Shown here in pieces: positions 26,982 to 40,720 of a stretch of 64,000 nucleotides of DNA; within the stretch, counting starts at the first letter, position 1; each line of letters starts with the position of its first letter. The translations under genes and the position numbers were made by a program. The stretch is from Lama guanicoe. Taxonomy: Eukaryota. Location of the stretch: contig MU053431.1 in assembly GCA_013239625.1 (NCBI GenBank), forward strand, positions 1,142,485 through 1,206,484. Reading direction: 5' to 3'. The notes below the pieces were generated by a model, which made no database searches, was not told the DNA's origin, and worked only from the letters and a program-made list of their open reading frames with translations.

Positions 26982-27782
26982 TAACTCTCTGGGAGAGAGG
27001 GGGAAAAAGTCAACACAACTTTTCACCTTTCACCTCGACCCCTGTGACACTTCTTAAAGGTTTGCCATAAATACAAATTGCTTTTTAAATTTTAAATAAA
27101 TAGGAGAAGGGTCACCCTGAGCAGCCACAGCACACACGTGGCTTGTGACCTGACAAGTGCATGGCAGGGGGATTTCTTAGGCAGCATCCGGAATTCACGC
27201 GAGGGGAGGGGCCCTGCCTCACGGAGCGGGTGGAACCGAGCAACCAGCCGCAGGGGAGACGTGCCTGTTCACAAAAGCTGGACTTTCTTGAAACTGCTGG
27301 GGATGCACCAGTGACGGGAAGGACACCGGGGGCAGGCGCTTGGCAGCGTCCCGTGTCCTCCCACCCAGCCGCCCCGTCTACGCGCCGGGAACGGAGGCGC
27401 CGGCTCCTGTGGCCACAGCGCCGCCTGCCGGGAGCCGCGAGAACAGCACACGCGGCCTCTGGCTGCACTCCCGGCCTCCGGGCACTTGGCCGTCCTCCAC
27501 GTGGGCAGCGGCTCTTCCCGGTTAGTCCGGGCGGGTCTGGTGGGCGGAGTCCTACTCACTCCTCTGTGCACCAGTGACCCTCCAGGTGACTATGGACTCG
27601 ACAGTGATAACCACTCCTCTGGAGTTACTTGGGAGTTACCAGCAGCCCTGTCACTGACCCACAAATACGTAACAGGGCGTAGGAGGCAGTGGGGCCATCG
27701 CTCTGGGTCACCGGCCATCTGCGTCCAGAAGTTTGGGAACTGGGCACTGACCAGGGAGCCTCAGCGGCCCCCCCACCCCTGC

Positions 27783-28265
27783 TTTTATTTTGGTAAAAGA
27801 CGCCCAACATAAAATGTACCCTTAATGACATAGTCCACGCACAGCCATCTAGTTCCAGAACATGTTCGTCCCCTCCAAGGCAGACCCCGCTCCCCAGCCC
27901 CTGGAAACCACACGTCTGCTCCTGTGCGTCTGCCTGTTCTGGGCGCTGCTGAAATCGTGCGCTACGTGGGCTCCCGCGTCTGGCTTCTCTCCCAGCGCAC
28001 GATGTGTGTGAGCCCCCACGCTGGGGCCTGGGTCCCTGCGCTGTCGACTCTTCCGCTGTCCACAGACCACATCCCACTTCTCTTTTCAGCAGCTGACAGC
28101 TGACAGACGCAGGCGGTTTCCACCTTCCGGCCGCTGTGGACGCAGGTGTGCACGTGTTTCCTCGACCCCGTGTTTTCAGTTCTCTGGGCCACACGCCCGG
28201 TGAGACTGCTGGGTCCCATGGTGATCTTGTTTCACTTCTGAGGAACCGCCAGCCCAGCTCCACGT
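27783..28265 (-). mobile_element. Old L1M-type 3'UTR fragment
   Basis: Diverged L1M antisense phrases: ttttggtaaaagacgcccaacataaaatgtacc; ctagttccagaacatgttcgtcccc; ccccagcccctggaaaccac; gtttccaccttccggccgctgtggac; tgttttcagttctctggg. Boundaries are approximate. Confidence 0.65.
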
Positions 28266-31200
28266 GGCCGTGGGCCTCCTGTCGGGGGGCTGGTGAGTGG
28301 GTGCCTCCCTTCCCAGCATTTACTACAGACCAGACAGCAGGGCAGGTTTGGGTCCAGGAGCCCTACAGACGCACCCTTGGTGCTGATGGCCACCGGCAGG
28401 ACCCACTGGCGGTTTGAGGGTCGCCCTGTTCTTGCCAGGAGCGTGGCCGTGTTCACGGGGCTTGGGTGCTGATGGCTCTGCCTCTTGGTGACGCGGCGCA
28501 GCCCTCTCCCACCACCCCGGGCTGGCCCGGGTTGGAGACAAGGCTCCCTGGGGCCGCCTGGCTGGAGTGCGTGTGTTCAGCAAACAGACCAAAAGTCTGT
28601 TAGAGCTCCCGGGCTTCCTGAGTCTTGGCTGCTGCAGCATCTCCCACTCACGCCAAGCAGGAGGGGCCGCTCCGCACCTGGAGCCAATCCCAGCGTGCTG
28701 GCCGGAGTCAGCGGATTCAGGGCGCGCTGTGCGGGGAAATGGGACGAGACTCTTGACTCTTCCTCTGGGGGACCAGATATGACAACAGGCAGGGCATGGG
28801 TGACAAAGCTGAGGGTGAACACCAGCCCGTGAGTAGCGAGTTCTCGTGTCATGCCCCCCGCCCCGCAGACCCCTGCCTCCGTCGGGCTGAGGCAGTGAGT
28901 TCCACCCGGGGAACCCACGGCCGCTACTTCGGACAGAAAGGAGCCTGCCAGGGGGGCCTGCGCTGCTCAGGGGCTGGACGGGAAGGCTGGCCAGCAGGGG
29001 GCCCCAGGACTCTGGGTCTTGAGGGAGATGTTCCTGTGGTGGAGGACTTCCAGCACACTTCCGACCCCTGATTCTTCCTTGACTCAACATCTGCGGTTGA
29101 GAGAGAGAAGCTGATTGGCCCAGCTGCGCTCCTGGGCCTGCCTGCTGGCCAAGGGAGGTCAGGGCGTCTTGACCAGCCATCTCCCGAGGCCCACTCACAG
29201 TGGGGAGCAATGACCCCCCAGAAGGAAATCAGGCCTCCGGTGCCAAAAGAGCCGGGAGCGGACTGTGCACCGGCCCCGTTGTCGGCAGTAATGTCTTCTG
29301 TTACCCCATACCCCAAATTAAGTAGCTGCCTGTCTTTGTTAATTCGGTACAACCTGAAGGGCACTTTTGAGAAGCATCTAATTCACTCTTCCCCACCAGG
29401 CAAATTCTGTGAGAACATATTCATGGCCTTCATTAATATTCATACGACTTTGAGGATTTTCTCGTGATTTATAAAACTCAAAGTAATCATGAGTGGTAAT
29501 GTATAATAGTGTCGATGCTACACAACAAATGCCTTTTCCCATCGCATTCTGGGTTTTCCTGCTCATTGCAAGAACCTAACTGAAAATAATTGAAAGCTGA
29601 ATTTCTTCGTGCTTTGAAAGTATTTCATAAAATGTAAGAAATACAAACATCTTCAAGCCTCTTAATGTTCAAGAATCAAGGGAGAGTGGGGGGTTGGGTA
29701 AGGATCGTCCCTCAGCCTCGGCCCCAGGTTAGCCCCATTAATTTGGTGAGAACAGTTTCACTTATTATGGCCGGTCTTGCTGCCTGCCCAGCGCCGCGGC
29801 GAAGGGCTTTTAAACTAAACTTGGCTGCAAGCTGAAGTGACACACGTCGGGCCCAGCTGCAGTTCCATGATCGCTCTCCAGAGCAGCTGAGGTGAGGTTC
29901 CGATGCTGCCGAACTCAGGCTCGGCTGCTCGCCTCTCAAAAGCCCACACCTGAGGGGGCAGGCGTCCATAGAAAGGAAAGGTGCTTTGTTCGGAAAAGCT
30001 GGCGATCTGGGGAGAGGACGGACTCACATCCAGAGACCAGCTCTGAAGACTCTGCTCGGCCGTGGCAGTTTTAAAGGGGAAAGGGGGAAGCGGTCTCAGC
30101 TGATCGTTAAGGCAGAGGGTCGGGCCCTCTGTCTGTCTCCGCTGTGTGCAGGCCTGCCGGCTCCTCCTGATCCCCCTCCGCGCTGTCTTGCCCACGGGGT
30201 CCGCCTGCAGGTTTGCCAAGGGGGAGCTGGGGCAGAGGGTCAGCGCTGTGTAGCCACTCCACCTTCACTCCTCCTCCTTTTGATCCAGGAGAGGAAGCGA
30301 AGGGTTAGGCGAGGCGCTGGCGTGCTCAGCAGAGCAGGGGTCAGGAGCTGGGCTGAATGCTGCCCCGTGGTCTAGCTTCGTGGTTAAGTTCTGAGCAAAA
30401 CGATGAACAAAGAGGAAAGGGGTGAAAGAGCCCCTCACGGGGACCCTGGGCCTGAGAGCCGCGGAGGCTTTAACACCCGGGCCTCCAGCGACCTCCGCGC
30501 CCGCAGAGCCGCACCTGGGTGTGAGTGTCGGGTCCGGAGCTGAGTGACCCTGGGGAGGCCTCCTGCGCCCAGCCTCCCGTCTGCTCGAGGGGCCCGGCTT
30601 CCTCGGCCTCCCCTTCGGCTCTTCGAAGCTTCCTAGGACGGCAGCGCGACCAAGACGGGACCCGGGGACTCCGCCCTGCCCCCTGACTGCTTGTGAGACC
30701 CTCTTCGGCCGTTAGCCTCTCTGGCCGTCTCCCTCTCTGCCGGAGGGGCTGGACCGGGTGGTCAGTGGGGCTGACACTCTGGGGTTTTCCTTTAATGGTC
30801 CCTTAAGGATTCCCGGGGTGCTGGGTGGAGGCTCCGGGGCTCCCCTCTCCACGGGGGAGCTCTGTGCCGGCTTCAGGTGTCGAGGCATAATGACACATAA
30901 GGAGGGAAGCCCTAATGTGGGCGAGGAGGCCCCTGATGGCCCAGGCGCAAGCAGGCTGAAGGTGGGCCACCCCACTGCCGGCCCCTCAGCACCCCCTCCC
31001 CCAGCCCCCTTCTTCTCCTGCCAGAAGCCTGGGACCAGGTGACACCACACCCCTCAGGTCCCCTTCCCAGCGGCCTCTCTAGAGCAGAACTATTTTGTCT
31101 CCCTCCCCCAGCCCCCCCAGGGCCTCCGGACGTTTCTGCAGGGACAGACAGGCCGGGGCAGACCCTTGGGGGTGGCCCTCCCGCCTCCTCCTTTTGCTCC

Positions 31201-34200
31201 GGGCTCCATGCATTGCCCCCTGGAGAGGGAGCACCAAAGCCCCTTCTCTCCAGACTCCCCTCCCCTCCTTCCCGTGTCTCTGCTGTTTCCCTCCCCTCGG
31301 ATGGCAGCCACAGGGCTGGGTGGAGCTTCCCCTGCCCACCTGGGATGTTTGCGCCCCTGCCCCGCCTTCCCCCGACCCTGTGCTCACCGCCTCCTCCCTC
31401 GGCCTCAGAGATGTTTCTCCTCCGGGAAGAGGGCCTCCAGGTTCCCAGGGTCACTCGGCCCCCAACCGGAGACCCAGGCCTGGGTGTCACTCTCACTCCT
31501 GCCAGTTCTATGAATGCGGGGGTCGCTGAAGGTCCACGTTTGAAACAGAGTGGCCTTAGGTTTCCCTAAGCACCTGGCCGTGACCCTGGCCCACACCCCC
31601 AGGCAGCAGGTCCGTGTTTCATTTATTCATTCAGTGATTATTGGGCACCTACTGTATGCATGGTGCGAGGCCAGCACCCTCAGGACAGATAGGGCCCAGG
31701 AGAGGGTGGAGGGCATTGTCAGGGCTTGGCAGTGAGGAGGGACGAGACGGGGAGGAAGGGGACACAGGCGAGCCGGCCAGCTGTGCAAAGCAGACAGAAC
31801 AGACAGTAAACCTGAGAAAACGCTGATTCTCTATCGGCATGAAAATCAAGAAGTCCCCACATGTGGGCCTGACATGAGGCCTGGCGGGGCCGCAGGGAGG
31901 CTGCACATGCGTTTAGGTGAAATAGTGCTCTTACCTCTGGGCTCTGGAGAGACTCAAATTTTAAAAGAAAACTGCCTCCCTCAGCCAGCCGCGGTCACGG
32001 CCAAGTGTAGATTTGCCTGTCTGCGTCCCGGCGAGGCCCAGGGGTAGGGTGGGTGCCAAGCGTCTGCTGTCACGATTCAGAGCTTTTCACTCTGCTGCAG
32101 GCAACTCAGAACTCCCCACAGGTGACCCAAATGAGAGGCTGCAGCCTGTTTTCCTGGGGAAACTCCAGATTTAATATCAGACGAGGCGAAAGGCCTGAAA
32201 CACTTCACTGAAGGATTGCATCCTCGTGGAAGAACTTGATCCTAATTCGGGCTTGAAAACACTAGGACTGGGTCACGGGAGGCCTCGTCAGTGGCGTGGC
32301 AAAGCCATCAAGATGCGGAAAAGCCGTCGGCATCTAGGAGGCTTCATGCATAAGGGAGAGGGGTGATCCAGTCGTGTGCACATGTGCGTTTATACATGTG
32401 CGTGTGGTGTGTACGTCTGCATGTTTCTCTGTACGTGAATGTGCAGGACTTGTGTACCGCCGTGGATGAGACTGAACACTCGATTTTAACCTGACTTTCT
32501 CGAAGATCCCTCTGCCCCCACGTCCTTCGACCAGAGCCTCTCGCAGGCCCTGTCTCTTCCCCATTTCGTAATCATCACTTTGTCATTCTGCATTGAGACG
32601 CTGTCACTTTTTTGGACAGTTCTAATTCCACTGGTCCGACCTGCTGGAGGCAGGGCCCTGCCTGCCTGCGCAGTGCCCAGACCACAGCACAGGCGACACT
32701 GTTGAAACGAGTCGGGGGGCGGGGGCTGGGGGCCCAGCCTGAGGCTGTGGGTGCCCTGGGCTGACAAGTTCTCTCCCCTTCCCAAGGCGAGGTTTTCTCT
32801 GCTGAGTCCTTCGGGCTTCTCCTCCCCTGCGATTCTTTGGGAATAAATCACCAAGGTGTTTGCAATTCAAAACCACACATGGTGACTTTTCTCCAGTTTC
32901 GAGTTCATTTGAAATTAGGCAAATATGTCCTCCTTGGGGGAGACTCTGCCAGAACCCCTCACCCCACCCGCCTTTCCTGAGGACGGAGCCAGCCCTCCCA
33001 GCGGGTCCCCGGTCGAACACAATGACCAGGCACCATACGTTATTTTAATGTAGACATCACTTTAAACTAACCTTTTACCATCTGTTCCGTCCTTTAATAA
33101 CAAATGCAAAAGAGCAGGATTCTCCATGGCGTTGTAAAAGCGAGACGGTGATGGAAGTGCTGGGCCCTGTTCTTTATTCATGGCCCTATCGGACGCCGCT
33201 GTGATGTTTTTCTCATCTTCCAGACACAAATCAAGGGGAAACTGCTCTTCTCTGATCCGGTGAATTCATTCACACAGTATTTCTTCCTAACACGGCAAAC
33301 TCTGGGAGAATTCCGGGCATCGGAGAGCCGACACCAGGAGACCGCACGGCGCGGATTTCAGAAGGTGCCGCTGCTCAGCACCCAGAGCATTAGGGGGACG
33401 CGGCCCGACGGTCCAAGCGTAATGAGATTTCTTTGTGAAAAATAAAAGCTTTCCATGTGTGGCGGGTTCTTTTCAGCAGTTTCGCGGTTAAATATCCCCG
33501 TGAAGGCTGGGCGGGCTGGCCCGGGGAGCTCGCAGGCAGCAGCTGGGTGAGCCGGGCATGTCCCACATCCCCACCCTGCCTGCCCTGTCTGCAGGACCGC
33601 AGGGGCTCACGCACCCGCCTCAATCCAGTTCAACTCGGCCAATGTCCTTTGGGGGCTTCCTGTGTCCCCCAAGTGCTATACTCTTAACCTAAAGGCAAGG
33701 CAAGCGTCCCAACCCACCGGCCTTTCTAGAACCTTCCACACTCCTGGGAGGCAGAGCATTGTGAGTTTCCATATCAGTCGCTCGGTCCCCCTTTCCCCTC
33801 AACTGAGATGGGAGTCTGATCTCGGGGCCCAGGATCCACTTGGACTTGCAAGCCCCGCCCACTTCGCTGGCGACCAAGCCTTGGTGGAGAAGAAATGGCA
33901 CTCAGCCAGGGAGGACTGCCCGTCTCCGACATGACCCCGGGAACAGAGAGCTCTTCACCTGCCTGGTGTGTGTCTCCCCGCGTTCCCCGCTTGGCGCCCG
34001 GGCCGGGCTGGTCAGTCATGATTGAAGGACAGTCCTCAGAGGGCAGAGAAGGGACGTGACGACAGGCCAGGCCTCGTCCTGGGATGCCCAGCGCTGGGAA
34101 CCAGAGAGGCAGGACCCCGCGTTCAGGTGGGGCGGCCCCGGCCGAGGTGAGCGCAGCCTGGGGGCGCCCGGGCCCAGCCCCTCTGTCAGTGGTCGTGCTC

Positions 34201-34294
34201 AGGGCAGACAAGGAACAGGGGAGCCCAGCCTGATGGCAGGAGAGAGAGGAGGGCAAAGATGGGGAAACCGGAGTCCAGGCGTCTCTCACGGACA

Positions 34295-34317
34295 GTGTGT
34301 GTGTGTGTGTGTGTGTG
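34295..34317. repeat. (GT)11 microsatellite
   Basis: Direct read of gtgtgt... tract. Confidence 0.9.
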
Positions 34318-34777
34318 CTTCTCTTCTGGAGGCCCCAGCCCGGCACCCGAGCAGTGCCAGGCTGACGCTGGCCCTGACCTCCACGATGCCCGTGAAACGA
34401 AAGCGTCCCCCCCTTCTCCCCACCAGTTCCCGACGTTTCTGTCCCACATCCCATCCGGAGGGGGCCGCTGTCACACCATCGGGGGTGGCTGTGTCTTCGC
34501 CCCCACACCCGGGCCTGGGTGGGGACGACGCTGGTGTGCAAACAGCAAACGCTGGTCTGAGGGAAAAAAAAGCTGCCCTCTGTTGGGCTGAATTTCCTAA
34601 GGAGGCTGTTCCCCGGGGGAGGGGCTGTTTCCTGCAGCACAAGTTCAGCCAGGAAGCAGGCGATTATGAGTCCCTCTGGCGCCTCCCTGGGGACCCTCCT
34701 GTGACTGTTGTGCGCCACCGGAGTACGCTGCCCAGGAAAAGCCATGCGTGGTTTCTGGGAGAAGTCCTACGTGGGCG

Positions 34778-35030
34778 TGCAGGGGAGGGAAAGTACGTTT
34801 CCCTCTGCCCTCTCGAGTTCCTGGCTGAGGCCCCTGTAATAAAAGACAGATTAACAAGAGAAGATCAAACGCAAGTTCATGAGCCTGTGTGCCTCCTGTG
34901 CGCATGGGGGAGACCCAGGAAATACGAGCAGCTCCCCGAGCTGGCTGAGAATTCAGGCCTAAATAGCTGCTTAAGAGGAAAGAGGCAGACAGATGTGGGC
35001 CTCTGGGGGAGAGGAGGTGACTTGTGGCAA
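34778..35030. mobile_element. Possible ERV LTR fragment
   Basis: tgcaggggagggaaag...tttccctctgccctc...cccctgtaataaaagacagattaacaagagaa resembles a recalled eutherian LTR terminus. Family and right boundary are uncertain. Confidence 0.4.
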
Positions 35031-37105
35031 GGCGACGGGGCCCTGGAAGGCAGGTAGCAGGTGTGGTCCAGGCCCGCCCGGCTGTGCTGCCCTCTTCCCG
35101 GCCCCCTCCCAGGAAAGAGGCAAAACTCCTCCCCGGCTGGCAAAACCTGGGGAAGCGGGGCGTCTGACACACGTGCCCGGGCAGATGGGGGCGCTCAGAG
35201 GAGGCGGCCCTGCCCTGCGTCGGCTGCTTCTCCAGGGCCTGCAGCTGAAACAACCACGACACCTCGGGGCACGTGTGGGGGCCGCCCGTCCGCCGTCCTC
35301 ATCCCCACCTGACGCTCGCCCAAGTGGTTTCACGGCCTGGAAGCCGGGCTGACGGCTCCTCCCTCTCCGCCCTGATAAGAGGTCTGTCCAGTGGAACCGG
35401 CGCCTCATTTCAGGCTCTAAGGATGCAAACAATCTGGGGGTGAGTGAGAGTCATTTCTGTGGAACCAAAGGAAAACAACAGGGCATGTTTGGAGCAGACG
35501 CTAAGCCCGTCTTCCAGTCCGGGCGGCAGCCAGCCAGTCGAGGAGCGCAGAGCCTCTGCTGCAGCCTGAACTCCTGTGGTGATGCCACCACGTGCCCCGG
35601 GGAGCTCTCGGGGGGGTCCTTGCGGCAGCAGGCGTGCAGGCTGTCCGTGCGCGAGCCGCCATGGGGCTCCCTGAGGCTTACGCCCCGTCATCCAGCCTCA
35701 GTTTGCTGGGGCTCGGGGGGAAGGGCAGTTTTGCTCTTAGTGGTTCCAAGCCAGAAGGGCGGGAGAGAATCGGAAACATTGGTTTGGAGAGAGGCAGTCG
35801 GATATCTGAGTCCAGCTGCAGGTAGAAAACAGAACCTCAAAGGCGAGGGACAGGATGGGTTCCCACAGGCGCAGCACTGGACTCTGATTCTCCCCTGTGC
35901 AGTCGCCCCCATTTCTACCAAAGATGATCACAGGAAGACCGGTTTGTCTGCAGAGGAAGTCGTCCCGTCCCACTTGGCCTGACCGCTCACAGAAGCTCAG
36001 CGAAAGCCGCGAGGCCCACACAGGCCCTCGTGAGGTTGCTCTGCAGGAGCTGGTGACGGGGACTCAGGCCAGCCCACGTGCCCCCTTCAGGCGTGCCGGG
36101 CAGGGCCCCTCTGGCTTGGGGCTGCACCCCGCCTGCTGGCGCCTCCCCGCGGCCACCACGGGGCCTCTGTGTGGGGGGCTGGCTTGGGTCCCCGCGTGCG
36201 GTGTCCCGCGAGGATTTGGGAAACCCGGGGCCTGCTTTCTCCCGTGGTATCTGTCTGGAGAACGTCCAGACAGCTCCTCGGTGAGCCTTCCTGACCCTGG
36301 GGCCCTTTATTGCAGGAATTTGCTGAAGAAATAGTGATCTGTCCAGGTTTGCTCTTTTTCCAGCCAAGTTTGAAGTTTTCAAAAAATAACCGGTTTCCTC
36401 AGATTTTTGATGGGGCTGGCATAAAAGATACAGAATAAAACGTTTTTAAAAGACTTATTTAGAGACACGCTCTGGGAAACACCGCCCCCCCCCCGTGTTC
36501 TCCTCACATCCTTCTCCTGAAGAGAGAAGTCTCATTTTTCTCTCCGAAATTTGCCAAGGGTGCACCTAATTTCTTAAGGGTTTTCTTGAGTCTCTTGTCA
36601 GTTCTCCAGGTTTTCTGTCTTCAGACTCAGACATCTCTGCGTTCGTCTTAACCGACGACCCCGGTGTTTGCTGTGTCCTGCTTGGGCACGTCCTTCCTTC
36701 TGGAGCTAAGTGCTCAGGCCACTCACTGTAATTCTGTTTTAATGATGAAAACATTTAAAGTTAAGGCTGTGCTCTGAGTCACTGTCTGGCCAAATTCCTC
36801 GCGTTTCCCTGCGTAGCCCACTTGCTGTCGTTAACATTCTCCCGTAGCCTCTCAGAGCAGTTTTGATTCCTACTGAACCCAAGGTCACTTCAAGATGCTT
36901 TTTAAATTTCTGAAAGTCTTTTTTTTTTTAAGTTATCGTTAAGTTTTAATTGCGTTATTCTAGTGAAAAGTCCTGGCCAGTTTTTGTTTGTGGAATTTTT
37001 TTTTTTTTTGAGATTTTCATCATGGTCTGTTTTAGTACAAAATGCTGCCATGGTCCCCTGGGCTTTGATCTAAAAAGCTGTAGTTTCTAAAGGTATACTC
37101 GAAGT

Positions 37106-37190
37106 TTTTTTTTAAATTGAAGTATAGTCAGTTACAATGTGTCAGTCTCCGGTGCAGAGCAGCATGTCCCAGCCATGCGGCCACGCGAGT
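37106..37190 (-). mobile_element. Short LINE-1 3' terminal fragment
   Basis: A poly-T run followed by aaattgaagtatagtcagttacaatgtgtcagt, the reverse complement of the same L1 tail seen at ~15660-15690. Confidence 0.65.
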
Positions 37191-38087
37191 GCGTGCAAGG
37201 TGTGTTCACGGCTGGGTGCCCGGCTGCTCATTTGACCTCACTGATGGTTCGCATTTTCCCGCCATCAGAGAAGCCCGTGGTCATACACGGTGTCTGTGAC
37301 CGTCAGCTACCCCTTATCCTTACGCGAGCCTTTGCTTTACCCGAATGAGAGGCGTACATCGCAGGTTTAATTCTACTGGCGTCTGTTTTGTTTCCCGAAG
37401 ACGTATGTTCATCTGAGTGATCTGGTCAAAAGCAAAGGGCTGTCCCTGCACAGCCGGGCCCCCCCACCACGTATAACACGGAGTCATGCGCTTTTCTCTG
37501 CTCTTTCCCTTCTTCTTCCAACTTGCGGTCTTTGCTAACTTACTTTGGATCTGGGACCCAGATAACCATCATTAAACTGTTTTTTGAACAATACACAGTT
37601 TCTGTAAAAATGGCTTTTATGTTCGTAGTCAGTCCTGTAACCACACTGGCCACAATTTCCAGAGTTAAGTTTCTGTGTCTAAATGCCAGGCTTTTTGTGT
37701 GGCTGCCCCTGCTCTGGACGTCCACGCTGGGAGGACCACGAGGTGGAAAATTTTCTCCATCTTTGCGCATCTGCATCCAGAAATGTCAGCTGCCTTCCTA
37801 CTCGGGGGCACAAGCGTATCGGGCCCCAGCCTCTCTCACTCCTAACTCCGTGGCTGAGCTGCTTCCTGCCCTGGTCTTCCCCAAGGTTGGGTGGCGGCCA
37901 CAGGCAGCATTTGCATGGCTCCTTGGCCGTTTTAGCCACCATCCCCGTCCCTCTCAGCAGTGTCGTCACCTCTGCCGTGTGTCCCTGCTCCCTGCAGACC
38001 CTTTGGAGTATCGTGTCCTGTCCTCCCTGTCACCTGGGGGGCCACTGGACCTGCAGTGGTGGCCCTCAGTAAATCCCTGGCCACTGA

Positions 38088-38432
<345 letters not shown>

Positions 38433-38924
38433 TAAGGGTAGGCGTGGGGGGTGGGGGTGGGGGGGAGAGGTGGTGCGCAAACCCGGATGCCGGGATGGCT
38501 GATTTGGGGTGTCACACACCCTGCTCAGGGCAGAAGCTGTCGGTCTCCCAGTCACTAAGCTCAACCACGCCACACAGCGTGACCCGATCACAGTGGCCCC
38601 CCCATAGCCTTCACACCTGGGGCCAGCACCCCACATCCTTGGGGCCGATTTAGGTCCTCCCTGCTCCTCCCGCTGGGTGCCGTTCAATCCTGTCCCGAGT
38701 TCCACTCGGCACCTTTGGCTGTCAGGGGGGCTGGACAACGTGCCCCACCTGAAAGCGAGCTGATGAACCACGGACACAGGTGCCTGTGAGACCAGCCCCT
38801 TGGGAGCACGCAGACGCGTGAGATAAACCAGCCGCCACTGTCTGCTCTGCAAGATGATTCTCCAGAAGATTCTTTTAAGAATTCCTTATGAAAGCTTGTT
38901 ACTGGGGCCTGCCGCCTACTGACA

Positions 38925-39060
38925 TCTTGCACAAGTTCCCTAATTTCCCTGAGCCTCAGTTTCCCCATCTGTAAAACAGGGATCGGACAATACCAATCTC
39001 ACGGGTTCTTGCGAACGTTGAGGTGAGGCAGCGCAAGTGGAGTTCTTGGCACGCCCCAGC
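38925..39060 (+). mobile_element. MIR SINE
   Basis: MIR core, sense: caagttccctaatttccctgagcctcagtttccccatctgtaaaacaggga. Confidence 0.75.
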
Positions 39061-40454
39061 CCGGTGCCCCCAGCCCGAGCAAGCACATGGTGAGAGCTGG
39101 CTGCTGATGTTAATGGAAGAAAATCTTGAGTCCACCGCAAGCGACTTCCAGGGCCATGGAATGTTCCCAGTCCCTCCCCCAGGGGGAAACCGCTGGCCCA
39201 CTATTAAGACAGGGAGAGGAGCGAGTACCCAGAGGGGAGAGCATGGGGTCCCACACACAGAGAGACCATCATCCGTCAGCAGGTGCACACGATGCATTGC
39301 AGGAAATTCACTTTGCACAGGACACTCAGATTTGCAAGCAGCAGGACATTTCTTGCCTCCACCACCAAGAGGGACCCCCCCCCAAACTCCCAGCTGTGGG
39401 CCCAGCCTGAGGGAGGGACGGGGTGGGGTGGGGTGGGCTCTTTTCTCCGAGATTTCCAACAGACGCTTCAAATGTTGTTTCCACTTTAGGGGGTGGGGCA
39501 GCCGTGGGACAAGGAGAGCCCCGCCAGCCACTTTCCATCCTTATCTCCACTGGGGCTGCTTCTGCCACTAAAAAGAGCTCCTGAACCAGGGGTGTCTCTT
39601 TAGTTAGAAGATAATAACTTTAATTTTAGCTTGGAATTACTTTTTTCCAAAGCGTTCTCGACCTTTGGCTTGGTGCATGATTGCATGGCCCTTTGAGGAG
39701 ATGAAGGATCACGTGGCCGCCTGCGGGAAGGACCCCCGCAGCAGGACTGTGTGCCAACCCGGGTTCCCGGGACCGGGGGACCGGATGACAATGGGGCAGG
39801 TGGCTGGTTGAAACAACCACACAGCACCCTGAGATGTTTAAACAAAAAGCTCCAAGCCGAGCTTATCTGTGGGTGGGCAGAGCCGCACCTTGCGCTATGG
39901 CTGCGGTTCCCCGGAATCTGTGTTCATCTGTCTCCCTGGAACAACGCAGGTCGCCTCCTCCGTAAAGCCAGCCTCGAGCTTCCCCCAAACACACTATTTC
40001 AAGGGTGAATTCCACTCAGGGCTGTCGGGCCAAGGCCCCTTCCGCAGGTGCGGATTCACACCAAGCCTCCTTTCCCCGGAGGCCAGCAAGGCGGCCGGCA
40101 CGGACGACTGTGCGGAGGCCCCAGCTCAGACGCTCTCCCGCTCAGCAGGCCTGGAGCGCGGGCTCTTCTGGGCACCCTTGGCTGGGCGCTGTCTGACGGC
40201 AGAGATCCTGAGGTCTGGTGTGTCCAGCCTGGAGGGCAATGTGGTTTCCACAGAGAGATGTGGGCTAGAACACGCCTGCATGACAGTCACAGCTCTGTCC
40301 TGGAGAGACCCGGGTGATCCCTTCCGCTCTCCAAGCCTCGGTTTCCCCATCGAAACCCCAGGTCCCCGAGGGCCCTGCTCCTGCCCCGACTGCTGCCTGA
40401 GGGGCTCAGTCACTCCGCGTTCCCCACAGAGGCCCCATGCTGGCTGTCCTCTCG

Positions 40455-40720
40455 GCCCCTTCTTCAGGGCTCAGCTCCAATGTCACCTCTTCCGAGAGGC
40501 CCCCCTGGCATCCTCCCAACCCCGGCGGGTCGCTGCAGCCCCACCCAGCACACATTATATACACAGAGTACATCGTATAGGCTTCCTTTTCACCTCTGCT
40601 GCCTTTCCCTTCTACAGAGAAGACCCCGGGCAGGCCCCATGTCTCACTGGGCAGTAGCCCAGGGCACAGGCGGGCCCTGATAAGCACTGACTGAGTGAAT
40701 GAATAAATGAATGAACGAAT
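40455..40720 (+). mobile_element. L2 LINE 3' end remnant
   Basis: ttcagggctcagctccaatgtcacctcttccgagaggcc... ending in the L2-type tail gagtgaatgaataaatgaatgaa. Confidence 0.6.

Noticed and set aside
33774..35057. Overlapping 323 aa (-) and 333 aa (+) ORFs
   Set aside because: No recognisable protein similarity; they cross a (GT)n microsatellite and an LTR-like segment, and such ORFs are expected by chance in GC-rich DNA.
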